From Paludibacteraceae bacterium (GTDB taxonomy: Bacteria > Bacteroidota > Bacteroidia > Bacteroidales > Paludibacteraceae): a stretch of DNA of 50,269 nt. The DNA is taken from NCBI GenBank assembly GCA_017986765.1, contig JAGNUZ010000001.1, positions 1 through 50,269 of the forward strand. The letters run 5' to 3'. The notes below the pieces were generated by a model. It saw nothing but the letters and a program-made list of their open reading frames with translations. It did not search any database and was not told the origin of the DNA. The position numbers were made by a program, and so were the translations under genes. Position 1 is the first letter of the stretch. Each line of letters opens with the position of its first letter. Below, one piece after another: positions 25,752-34,459 of this stretch.

Positions 25752-26990
25752 ATGAAAAAATTCACAACCCTTTGCACAGTTTTAGTGCTTGCTACAAGCT
25801 CCTTATTCGCAGCGATCAGTACCACACAGTCTTTTGAGCTTGACGGACATACACGCTCATATTTACGATACATTCCGAGTTCGTACAATGCCACTCAGCC
25901 AAGTACCGTACTCGTAATGATGCATGGATTAAACGGCGATATGAATTCTTTTGCAAACCTAGGCTACGATTTAGGACTTATGGCAGATGCCAATAATACC
26001 ATCGTCCTTTCGCTACAAGCACTCGATGAACAAAATACAGAAGTTGCCAATTTTATTTCAATTATTGCTAGCTTTCAAGCGACAACCTTCTCCAACAAAG
26101 GAGTATGGGGAGCAGGTGTGAGTATTCCTCTATCGAGTGTTACTGCTCAACTCCCTCCCGAACAGCTACCCCTTCTTCTTATGCTTTGGCCAGAAATAGC
26201 GGCCAGTGGCAAAGTCGTTCTCAACCAAAATGTAAATGATATCGCCTACATCAATGCCGTAATCGATGCAACAAAAACAGATTATAACATCAATACAGAT
26301 AGACTATTTATGTTCGGTGCATCTATGGGTGGAGCTATGGCGTACAAATATGCGCTTAGTGCCAATCCTCAAATTTCGGGCATGGCTATTGGTAGTGGCT
26401 TTATAGGTGCAGAAGTAAACACTAGCGGTGCATTTCCAGTTCCAACCATCCATTTTCACGGTACAGATGATGATGTAGTAGAATACAATGGAACAGAATT
26501 TAACGGTGATATCGAATCTATTATATCGTTGCTAGCCGCTAAAAATCATACCGCAAGTCCTGAAATCATCAACATTCCCAATTCAACGATAGAAGACAAC
26601 AAAACTGTAACAGTATCCGACTACCAAACTGTGGGAAAACCTCGTTTGACATTTTATAAAATAGAAGGAGCGGACCATGGTTTGACGAACATAACAGACA
26701 TATCTGTATTTGCAGAAGCATGGAAATTCTTCAACAACGAACCAATTTTAACCGCTATTGCAAATACCTACGATACATCTGTAAGCATAACACCAAATCC
26801 AAGCAGCGATTATATCCAGCTATCCGTAGCGGGGAAATATACCCTATTTACCCTCGAAGGTAAAGTAGCATTGCAAGGGAATAACATAGAAAACGAAGCC
26901 ATTTGGATAGGCGATTTACCGCAAGGCATGTATATTATAACCATTATGCACGATGGAGCAAACTACGCCAGCAAGCTCTCTATTAACTAA
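25752..26990 (+). CDS. Secreted alpha/beta-hydrolase esterase (PHB-depolymerase/feruloyl-esterase-like) with T9SS C-terminal sorting domain
   Basis: Signal peptide, VLVMMHGLNGD, nucleophile elbow GASMGG, HFHGTDDDVV and GADHG (Ser-Asp-His triad pattern), plus a C-terminal Por secretion tail. Confidence 0.7.
   Translation: MKKFTTLCTVLVLATSSLFAAISTTQSFELDGHTRSYLRYIPSSYNATQPSTVLVMMHGLNGDMNSFANLGYDLGLMADANNTIVLSLQALDEQNTEVANFISIIASFQATTFSNKGVWGAGVSIPLSSVTAQLPPEQLPLLLMLWPEIAASGKVVLNQNVNDIAYINAVIDATKTDYNINTDRLFMFGASMGGAMAYKYALSANPQISGMAIGSGFIGAEVNTSGAFPVPTIHFHGTDDDVVEYNGTEFNGDIESIISLLAAKNHTASPEIINIPNSTIEDNKTVTVSDYQTVGKPRLTFYKIEGADHGLTNITDISVFAEAWKFFNNEPILTAIANTYDTSVSITPNPSSDYIQLSVAGKYTLFTLEGKVALQGNNIENEAIWIGDLPQGMYIITIMHDGANYASKLSIN
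26778..26987 (+). other. T9SS type-A C-terminal sorting domain (CTD) of the esterase
   Basis: SVSITPNPSSDYIQLS...YTLFTLEGKVAL...IWIGDLPQGMYIITIMHDG...SKLSIN matches the 'PNP..D.l.i ... l.d..Gk.v ... i.l..l..G.Y.v.i ... K.i' pattern of Por secretion tails. Confidence 0.7.
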
Positions 26991-27001
26991 AGAACAAACG
27001 A

Positions 27002-27178
27002 ATGAATACACAACTCATTATTGTTATACTCATTTCTATACTCGCTGCACTCTGGGTAGTGTGGCGAATGTATAAAACATTTAAGCAATCAAATTCTGCT
27101 CAAGATGTATGTAGTAGCTGTGCTCATAGTGCTAGCTGCAAGCTGAAAACAGAATGTGCTGACATAATGAAAAAATAA
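27002..27178 (+). CDS. 58-aa FeoB-associated Cys-rich membrane protein
   Basis: Hand translation: MNTQLIIVILISILAALWVVWRMYKTFKQSNSAQDVCSSCAHSASCKLKTECADIMKK. One N-terminal TM helix, a basic stretch, then CxxC...C...C, which is the architecture of the FeoB-associated Cys-rich family. Below the ORF-track cut-off. Confidence 0.6.
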   Translation: MNTQLIIVILISILAALWVVWRMYKTFKQSNSAQDVCSSCAHSASCKLKTECADIMKK

Positions 27179-27197
27179 CCCATAGGTATAAATCACT

Positions 27198-28025
27198 ATG
27201 ATACAGTTAACTAAAACACTTTCATTCATCTTAATATTTATTCAATTTTCGTTTATGACAACAGCAAAAACAACCCAAACATTAGTTAAAATCAGTACCG
27301 AATATGGCGACATGGTGGTAAAACTATACGATGAAACACCCCTGCACCGCGACAACTTTATTCAATTAATAGAAAAAGGATTCTATAACGACTTGCTTTT
27401 TCACCGTGTTATCAAAAATTTTATGATTCAAGGAGGCGACCCACAATCGAAAGATGCTCCCAAGGGCAAACAACTCGGTGCAGGAGATGTAGGTTACACC
27501 ATACCTGCTGAATTTGTATATCCTACCTTGTACCACAAAAAAGGAGCCTTAGCTGCAGCTCGCCAAGGAGACCAAACAAATCCGAAAAAAGCCTCTTCTG
27601 GTTGTCAGTTTTATATTGTTCAAGGGAACGTTTCTTCAGATGCGGAAATGCAAAAAACAGAACAACAAGCGCTACAAAAAGCCAAACAAAAACGCTTTTA
27701 CGAACTAGTAGATGAGCACAAAGAAACCATCAAAAAATTGCGTATAAGCAAAGATAATGCAGGATTGGAAAAGCTTCAAACGGAATTAAACACACAAGTC
27801 GATGCCGAACTAGCAGCACAATCATTCGCCTTGCCCGAACAACTCAAACAAGATTACAAAACCATCGGTGGCGTGGCTTTTTTAGACAATGAATACACCG
27901 TATTTGGCGAAGTAATTGAAAACTTAGAGGTGATTGACAAAATAGCCAACGCTCCTACCCTTCCTGGCGATCGTCCCACTAGCGATATCAAAATGACAAT
28001 TAGCATTATTGAGCAAGCAAAATAA
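27198..28025 (+). CDS. Cyclophilin-type peptidyl-prolyl cis-trans isomerase with a long internal helical insertion
   Basis: Signal/anchor sequence, then FHRVIKNFMIQGGDP, SSGCQFYIV and YTVFGEV cyclophilin motifs. The last two motifs are separated by a K/E/Q-rich insert of about 75 aa. Confidence 0.85.
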   Translation: MIQLTKTLSFILIFIQFSFMTTAKTTQTLVKISTEYGDMVVKLYDETPLHRDNFIQLIEKGFYNDLLFHRVIKNFMIQGGDPQSKDAPKGKQLGAGDVGYTIPAEFVYPTLYHKKGALAAARQGDQTNPKKASSGCQFYIVQGNVSSDAEMQKTEQQALQKAKQKRFYELVDEHKETIKKLRISKDNAGLEKLQTELNTQVDAELAAQSFALPEQLKQDYKTIGGVAFLDNEYTVFGEVIENLEVIDKIANAPTLPGDRPTSDIKMTISIIEQAK

Positions 28026-28107
28026 ACAATCTCTCGCAACATACTTATTTCGAGGATTTTTACTACAAAAAAAACCGCAAAGATTGGGTTAATCTAAAAT
28101 AAACCAC

Positions 28108-28115
28108 TACCTTTG
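28108..28115 (+). promoter_or_regulatory. -7 promoter box (TACCTTTG) for rpsA
   Basis: TAnnTTTG match 57 nt upstream of ATG 28173. It lies inside the right arm region of a 10-bp inverted repeat. Confidence 0.4.
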
Positions 28116-28172
28116 CGGTTCTTTTTAAAATCAACATAATGTCTAACAACTAATTAGGAACAAAAACACAAC

Positions 28173-29993
28173 ATGAAAAAAGAATTAGTACAACCTGATG
28201 AGAGTTTCGACTGGGGAGCATTCGAACAAGGAGCTACCTTTTCAGAAATTAGCACAGAAGACCTAACAAAGGCCTACAATCAAACCCTAAGCCTCATCAA
28301 CACAAATGATGTAGTAGAAGGTACAGTTATTTCGATGAACAAACGCGAAGTAGTTGTAAACATCGGTTACAAATCCGATGGTATCGTTTCCATTAGCGAA
28401 TTCCGCTACAATCCTGAATTGAAAGTGGGCGATGCAGTCGAAGTATTTATCGAATCGCAAGAAGACAAAAAAGGACAATTAGTGCTTTCACACAAAAAAG
28501 CACGTGCAAACCGCTCTTGGGAAAGAGTAAACGAAGCTCTTGAGAAAGAAGAAGTAATCAAAGGTTTCGTAAAATGTCGTACAAAAGGCGGTATGATTGT
28601 AGATGTATTCGGTATCGAAGCATTCTTACCAGGTTCTCAAATAGATGTGAAACCAATTAGAGATTACGATGTATTCGTAAACAAAACAATGGAATTCAAA
28701 GTGGTAAAAATCAACCACGAATTCAAAAACGTTGTGGTATCACACAAAGCTCTTATTGAAGCAGAATTAGAAGCTCAAAAGAAAGAAATCATCAGCAAAC
28801 TAGAAAAAGGTCAAGTATTAGAAGGAACTGTGAAAAACATTACTTCTTACGGTGTATTTATCGACCTTGGTGGCGTAGATGGTCTTATCCATATCACCGA
28901 CCTTTCTTGGGGTCGTATCAATCATCCAGAAGAAATACTCCAATTAGATCAAAAATTGAACGTGGTAATTCTTGACTTTGATGATGACAAAAAACGTATT
29001 GCATTAGGCTTAAAACAACTTACTCCTCATCCATGGGCTGCTCTTAACGAAACGTTAAAAGTAGGCGACAAAATAGAAGGTAAAATTGTAGTAGTAGCTG
29101 ATTACGGTGCATTTATCGAAATCGCTCCTGGCGTAGAAGGTTTAATCCACGTTTCAGAAATGAGCTGGTCACAACACCTACGTACTGCTCAAGATTTTGT
29201 AAACATTGGAGACAAAGTAGAAGCAGTTATCTTAACTCTTGACCGTGAAGAAAGAAAAATGTCTTTAGGTATCAAACAACTTAAAGAAGATCCTTGGTTA
29301 AATATTGAAGCTAAATACCCAATCGGAAACAAATACACAGCTACTGTTCGTAACTTTACTAACTTTGGTGTATTCGTAGAAATAGAAGAAGGTGTAGATG
29401 GTTTAATTCATATCTCTGACCTTTCTTGGACTAAAAAAATCAAACATCCATCTGAATTTACTCAAATTGGTGCTACTGTTGATATTCAAGTTCTTGAAAT
29501 TGACACAGAAAACCGTCGTTTAAGCTTAGGACACAAACAATTGGAAGAAAATCCTTGGGATGTGTTTGAAACTATTTTCACTAACGACTCTGTACACGAA
29601 GGTACAATTGTTGAACTATTCGACAAAGGTGCAGTAATCTCTCTTCAATATGGTGTAGAAGGTTTCGCAACTCCAAAACACTTAGTAAAAGAAGACGGAT
29701 CGCAAGCTAAAATTGATGAGAAATTGACATTCAAAGTAATTGAATTCAACAAAGATGCAAAACGCATCATTTTGTCTCACAGTCGTATTTTCGAAGATGC
29801 TCAAAAAATAGCAGCTGGCGAAGAAATTGTAAGCACAGAAGACAAACCAAAGAAAGCATCTGCTAAGAAAGCCAAAAAAGAAGAAGTAGAATCTTCTCCT
29901 TCAATGGAGAAAACAACCTTAGGAGACATCAGCGGTTTAGCTGCTTTAAAAGAACAAATGGACAAAAAGGAAAAGAAAGAGAAAGCAAAATAA
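28173..29993 (+). CDS. rpsA: 30S ribosomal protein S1
   Basis: Six tandem S1/OB domains (repeated G.V..I...G.FV.L..GV.GL.H.S..SW pattern) and a K/E-rich C-terminal tail. 606 aa. Confidence 0.92.
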   Translation: MKKELVQPDESFDWGAFEQGATFSEISTEDLTKAYNQTLSLINTNDVVEGTVISMNKREVVVNIGYKSDGIVSISEFRYNPELKVGDAVEVFIESQEDKKGQLVLSHKKARANRSWERVNEALEKEEVIKGFVKCRTKGGMIVDVFGIEAFLPGSQIDVKPIRDYDVFVNKTMEFKVVKINHEFKNVVVSHKALIEAELEAQKKEIISKLEKGQVLEGTVKNITSYGVFIDLGGVDGLIHITDLSWGRINHPEEILQLDQKLNVVILDFDDDKKRIALGLKQLTPHPWAALNETLKVGDKIEGKIVVVADYGAFIEIAPGVEGLIHVSEMSWSQHLRTAQDFVNIGDKVEAVILTLDREERKMSLGIKQLKEDPWLNIEAKYPIGNKYTATVRNFTNFGVFVEIEEGVDGLIHISDLSWTKKIKHPSEFTQIGATVDIQVLEIDTENRRLSLGHKQLEENPWDVFETIFTNDSVHEGTIVELFDKGAVISLQYGVEGFATPKHLVKEDGSQAKIDEKLTFKVIEFNKDAKRIILSHSRIFEDAQKIAAGEEIVSTEDKPKKASAKKAKKEEVESSPSMEKTTLGDISGLAALKEQMDKKEKKEKAK

Positions 29994-30013
29994 TCTTTCG
30001 GACACTCTGAATA

Positions 30014-30049
30014 AACAAAGGCGATACCTTCAAAAGTATCGCCTTTGTT
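30014..30049. terminator. Bidirectional intrinsic terminator between rpsA and uvrA
   Basis: AACAAAGGCGATAC - 8-nt loop - GTATCGCCTTTGTT forms a perfect 14-bp stem. It is followed by ATTTTAT on the + strand, between convergent genes. Confidence 0.8.
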
Positions 30050-30071
30050 ATTTTATAACACTGACTAAAAT

Positions 30072-32870
30072 CTAGATATACTCGGCAGTATAAGAATCGG
30101 CACAGTTCTTTAAGTCGTCTGGAGTACCCTCAAACACAACATAACCACCTTTATCTCCACCATCTTTTCCCAAATCAATAATGTGATCCGATGTTCTCAT
30201 CACATCCACATTGTGCTCAATAATAAGTACTGTATGTCCTTTGTCAATTAGGGTGTAAAATGCTTGCATCAAAACTTTTATATCGCTAAAATGCAAACCT
30301 GTAGTAGGCTCGTCAAAAATAAATACGGTATGCTCTTGATTTTCATTGCTCAAGAAAGAAGCCAACTTTACCCGCTGACTTTCTCCGCCCGAAAGGGTGC
30401 TCGATGATTGCCCTAATTTAACATACCCCAAACCAACATCTTGCAAAGGTTGCAAGCGTTTCACAATTCTTTTCGGCGTAGTATCATTCGATGCTGCAAA
30501 AAAATGAATGGCTTCGCTCACTGTCATATCCAATACATCAGCAATATTAGCGCCTTGGTAACGCACCTCTAACACGTCTGACTTAAATCGTTTACCATGA
30601 CACTCTTCGCACTCCAGCACCACATCTGCCATAAATTGCATCGGAATGGTAATCGTACCCTCTCCTTGACACGCTTCGCACCTACCTCCCACTACATTAA
30701 ACGAGAAAAAGGCAGATGTAAAACCCATCTGCTTAGCAAATTGCTGATCTGCAAATAGTTTCCGAATCTCATCATAGGCTTTCAGGTACGTACATGGATT
30801 AGAACGCGAGGATTTCCCTATCGGATTTTGATCCACAAATTCCACTCCTTTTACTAAATGTAAACTTCCACTCAACTTACCAAAGCTACCCATGCGATCA
30901 ACACCCATACCAAAATGCCGCCTAAGTGCTGCATACAAAATAGAGCGAACAAGTGTGGTTTTTCCCGAACCACTGACTCCTGTTACTACCGTCAAGACGT
31001 TCAATGGAAATTTCACAGAAATATTTTTCAAATTATGCTCATTGGCATTTTCCACCATCAGGTAATTGCTCCATTTTCTACGTATAGTAGGTATTGGTAT
31101 AGATTCTTCGCCCAACAAATACCGCAAAGTATGAGAGCGTTTTTTCTCTTCATCACTATACTTTTTCGTAGCTAGAATAGTAGCAGGATTGCCCGCCAAT
31201 ACCAGTTCACCTCCAAGCCTTCCCGCATCTGGACCAATATCAATAAGCCAATCGGCTGCACGCATAATATGTTCGTCATGCTCTACTACGACTACGGTAT
31301 TGCCTAAGGCTTGTAGTTTTTTAAGCACAGCTATCAGCATGGTCGTATTACGTGGATGCAAGCCAATACTCGGTTCATCAAGAATATACAACGAGCCTAC
31401 CAAGCTACTGCCCAAGGATGTAGCCAAATTAATACGCTGACTTTCACCACCCGACAAGGTATTCGAAAGTCTATTGAGCGTTAAATAATCCAACCCAACT
31501 TCAATAAGATAATGCAATCTATTTTTTATTTCTAACAACAACCTACTGGCTACCGATAGCTCGTAATCGGTAAACGGTACATTAGTTAGAAAGTCAAGCA
31601 AATCTGTAATCGAAAGACTCACCAATTCATGAATCGTTTTGCCCTCAACTTTTACATACAAAGCGTCTTTTCGCAAGCGAGAACCTCCACATTCGGGGCA
31701 CACTGTTTTACCTCGATAGCGACTAAGCATCACCCTAAACTGAATTTTATATTGATTAGTTTCTAAATATTTAAAAAAATCAGTCAAGCCATAAAAATAT
31801 TTATTCCCTGCCCACAGTAGTTTTTTTTGTTCAGCAGACAATTCATAATAAGGCTTGTGAATGGGAAAATCAAATTTATCAGCATGCTTAACAAGGTTCA
31901 TCTTATCTTCGCTCATTTTCTCACCTTTCCAACAGGCTACCGCATCATCGTAGATGGAGAGTGTTTTGTTAGGAATAACCAAATCCTCATCAATACCCAT
32001 AATCATACCAAAACCTTCACACTTCGGGCACGCTCCCAAGGGATTATTAAAGCTAAACATTTGCTCTGTCAGTTCTTCAAATACCATGCCATCTGCTGCA
32101 AATATTTTGGAAAACACCTTTTTTGATTCTAGCAATCCGTCTGCGTTGAATACAACTACCGAACATACTCCTTTTCCTTCATAAAAAGCTGTTTCGATGG
32201 AATCAGCAATGCGGTTCAAAGAACTTTTATCTTCGCTAATGGGAAATCTATCTATCAATAATTCGCAACTGGTTGGCTTTTTTACTACTTGCTCGTATTC
32301 GTCCAATTGAACAAACTCGCCATTGTGCAATGCACGACTAAACCCTTGTTTTATCAACGAAGACAACACTTCCGTCATCGTATCTCCTTTCGTCACCTTT
32401 ATTTTAGCCAACAAAGCTATTCGTGTATTTACAGGTAACGACGATAGAAACTCTAGTACATCTTTTGTAGAGTGCTTTTTCACTTCTACGCCAGAAATGG
32501 GCGAGTACGTTTTACCTACACGGGCAAACAGCATACGCAGGTAATCGTATATTTCGGTGGATGTGCCTACGGTGGAACGCGAATTGCGTGTTCTCACTTT
32601 CTGCTCCACCGCAATAGCGGGTGGAATACCCAGAATAGCATCTACTTCAGGCTTACTCATACGTCCTAAAAACTGCCTAGCGTACGAGGATAAGCTCTCT
32701 ACATACCTCCGTTGACCTTCAGCATACAAGGTGTCAAAAGCCAAAGAAGATTTCCCCGACCCTGATACACCTGAAATTACGACAAATTTACCACGAGGTA
32801 TCGTTACATCAATATTCTTTAAATTATTGACACGTGCTCCTTTTATAATTATTGTATCTTTTTCTATCAT
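30072..32870 (-). CDS. uvrA: Excinuclease ABC subunit UvrA
   Basis: IIIKGARVNNLKNIDVTIPRGKFVVISGVSGSGKSSLAFDTLYAEGQRRYVESLS, two ABC modules and zinc-finger Cys clusters (CPKCEG, CPECGG, CEACQGEG...CEECHG). 932 aa. Confidence 0.92.
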   Translation of the reverse strand: MIEKDTIIIKGARVNNLKNIDVTIPRGKFVVISGVSGSGKSSLAFDTLYAEGQRRYVESLSSYARQFLGRMSKPEVDAILGIPPAIAVEQKVRTRNSRSTVGTSTEIYDYLRMLFARVGKTYSPISGVEVKKHSTKDVLEFLSSLPVNTRIALLAKIKVTKGDTMTEVLSSLIKQGFSRALHNGEFVQLDEYEQVVKKPTSCELLIDRFPISEDKSSLNRIADSIETAFYEGKGVCSVVVFNADGLLESKKVFSKIFAADGMVFEELTEQMFSFNNPLGACPKCEGFGMIMGIDEDLVIPNKTLSIYDDAVACWKGEKMSEDKMNLVKHADKFDFPIHKPYYELSAEQKKLLWAGNKYFYGLTDFFKYLETNQYKIQFRVMLSRYRGKTVCPECGGSRLRKDALYVKVEGKTIHELVSLSITDLLDFLTNVPFTDYELSVASRLLLEIKNRLHYLIEVGLDYLTLNRLSNTLSGGESQRINLATSLGSSLVGSLYILDEPSIGLHPRNTTMLIAVLKKLQALGNTVVVVEHDEHIMRAADWLIDIGPDAGRLGGELVLAGNPATILATKKYSDEEKKRSHTLRYLLGEESIPIPTIRRKWSNYLMVENANEHNLKNISVKFPLNVLTVVTGVSGSGKTTLVRSILYAALRRHFGMGVDRMGSFGKLSGSLHLVKGVEFVDQNPIGKSSRSNPCTYLKAYDEIRKLFADQQFAKQMGFTSAFFSFNVVGGRCEACQGEGTITIPMQFMADVVLECEECHGKRFKSDVLEVRYQGANIADVLDMTVSEAIHFFAASNDTTPKRIVKRLQPLQDVGLGYVKLGQSSSTLSGGESQRVKLASFLSNENQEHTVFIFDEPTTGLHFSDIKVLMQAFYTLIDKGHTVLIIEHNVDVMRTSDHIIDLGKDGGDKGGYVVFEGTPDDLKNCADSYTAEYI

Positions 32871-33766
32871 CTTACATTTTTTCTCACCATCCTACCATAC
32901 AGTTCTGCATGTAGAATAAGCTCTTTGAGTCTTTCCATTTGCCATTTTGGGGTGGAAGTGGCACCACTAATACCTACAGACTGTATCCCATCGAGTAGAG
33001 AGAAATCAACATCCTCGGGCTTAGACAAAAAATACGAGCGTGGATTTGTTTTTTTACACTCTTCAAACAATACCTTTCCATTGGAACTTTTAGTATCACT
33101 CAGAAAAAAGATAACTTCATGTCGTTGCACAAACTCCTTAATACGGGGAATGCGATTAGCGACTTGTCGGCAAATAGTATCTTTATGATCGAATGTAGCT
33201 CCTGCGTTTATGCGTGACTGAATTTCGGACACAATAGCATTAAATCCATCAATCGATTTCGTCGTTTGGGAAAAAAGAATAATATTTTTAGAAAAATCCA
33301 ATTTATCCAACTGTTCGATGTTCTCAATAATAACAGCGTCTCCGTTCGTTTGTCCAACTAAACCAACAACTTCTGCATGCCCTTTTTTGCCATAAATCAC
33401 AATCTGAGTATTGTGTTTGTTTTCATTGTACGCCTCCGCAATACGCTTCTGAAGTTTCAAAACTACAGGACAAGTTGCATCTACTATTTCAATACCTCTT
33501 TCTTTAGCTTTGGCATACGTGCTAGGTGGCTCTCCGTGTGCTCTAATAAGCACTTTAGCTTGATTGAGGTTTGAAAATTTATCAATATCAATTGACTGTA
33601 GTCCTTTATTAAACAAACGATTAACCTCTTCTCCATTGTGAACAATATCGCCTAAAGAATACAGCCTTCCGTCTGTTGACAATACTTTTTCGGCTTGCTC
33701 AATGGCTTGCATCACACCGAAGCAACAACCTGAACCTGCATCTATTTCTACGTGTATATTTAGCAT
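32867..33766 (-). CDS. ispH: 4-hydroxy-3-methylbut-2-enyl diphosphate reductase
   Basis: VEIDAGSGCCFGV, IVHNGEEV, DATCPVV and SDTKSSNG motifs of IspH/LytB. ATGA overlap with the uvrA start. Confidence 0.88.
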   Translation of the reverse strand: MLNIHVEIDAGSGCCFGVMQAIEQAEKVLSTDGRLYSLGDIVHNGEEVNRLFNKGLQSIDIDKFSNLNQAKVLIRAHGEPPSTYAKAKERGIEIVDATCPVVLKLQKRIAEAYNENKHNTQIVIYGKKGHAEVVGLVGQTNGDAVIIENIEQLDKLDFSKNIILFSQTTKSIDGFNAIVSEIQSRINAGATFDHKDTICRQVANRIPRIKEFVQRHEVIFFLSDTKSSNGKVLFEECKKTNPRSYFLSKPEDVDFSLLDGIQSVGISGATSTPKWQMERLKELILHAELYGRMVRKNVR

Positions 33767-34455
33767 ACTACTTTCGTATATTTATCCAACAACCACTTAT
33801 TTTGGGCCTCAATGGTCATCTTACTATTATCTAATACGAGTGCATCATTTGCTTTCCGCAAAGGACTTTCTGCCCTTGTTTCATCCAAATAATCCCTCTC
33901 TTTAATATTGTGTAAAATAGCGTTATAATCGACTTTCTCTCCTTTTGAGCTTAATTCATCATAGCGTCTTTTTGCTCGCACATCAGCATCGGCTGTAATA
34001 AATATTTTCAGCTCCGCTAAAGGAAAAACGACTGTACCAATATCGCGTCCATCCATCACAAGTCCTTTCTTTTCACCCATTTTCTGTTGCATCGCAACCA
34101 TGGCTTCTCTCACATACTTAAAAGCACTTATCTTGCTCACATATTGAGATACGAGCAAACTTCTAATCTCTTTTTCTACGTTTTCCCCATTCAAAAAAGT
34201 AGTAAGTGAGCCATCAGTATTTCGCTGAAATTCTATCTGTATGTTGGGCAATGCTGCCTTCAAGGCTTTTTCGTCCACCATTCCATCGACAACAATAGTA
34301 TTATTAAGAGAATACAAGGTTACCGCCCTATACATTGCACCTGTATCCACATACACATAGCCGATGGCTGCTGCTAATTCTTGTGCCATGGTGCTTTTAC
34401 CACACGAAGAATAACCATCTATGGCAATAATTATTTTTTTTATAGAATTTCCCAT
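33760..34455 (-). CDS. cmk: (d)CMP kinase
   Basis: IIAIDGYSSCGKSTMAQELA P-loop, DTGAMYRA, and DGRDIGTVVFP. I use ATG 34455 rather than the ORF-track 34533, because the extension overlaps porQ and lacks homology-like sequence. Confidence 0.88.
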   Translation of the reverse strand: MGNSIKKIIIAIDGYSSCGKSTMAQELAAAIGYVYVDTGAMYRAVTLYSLNNTIVVDGMVDEKALKAALPNIQIEFQRNTDGSLTTFLNGENVEKEIRSLLVSQYVSKISAFKYVREAMVAMQQKMGEKKGLVMDGRDIGTVVFPLAELKIFITADADVRAKRRYDELSSKGEKVDYNAILHNIKERDYLDETRAESPLRKANDALVLDNSKMTIEAQNKWLLDKYTKVVC

Positions 34456-34459
34456 GATG

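Noticed and set aside
28173-29993. Periodic repeat signal of about 260 nt within rpsA.
   Set aside because: It is explained by the six tandem S1/OB domains of ribosomal protein S1. It is not a DNA repeat element.
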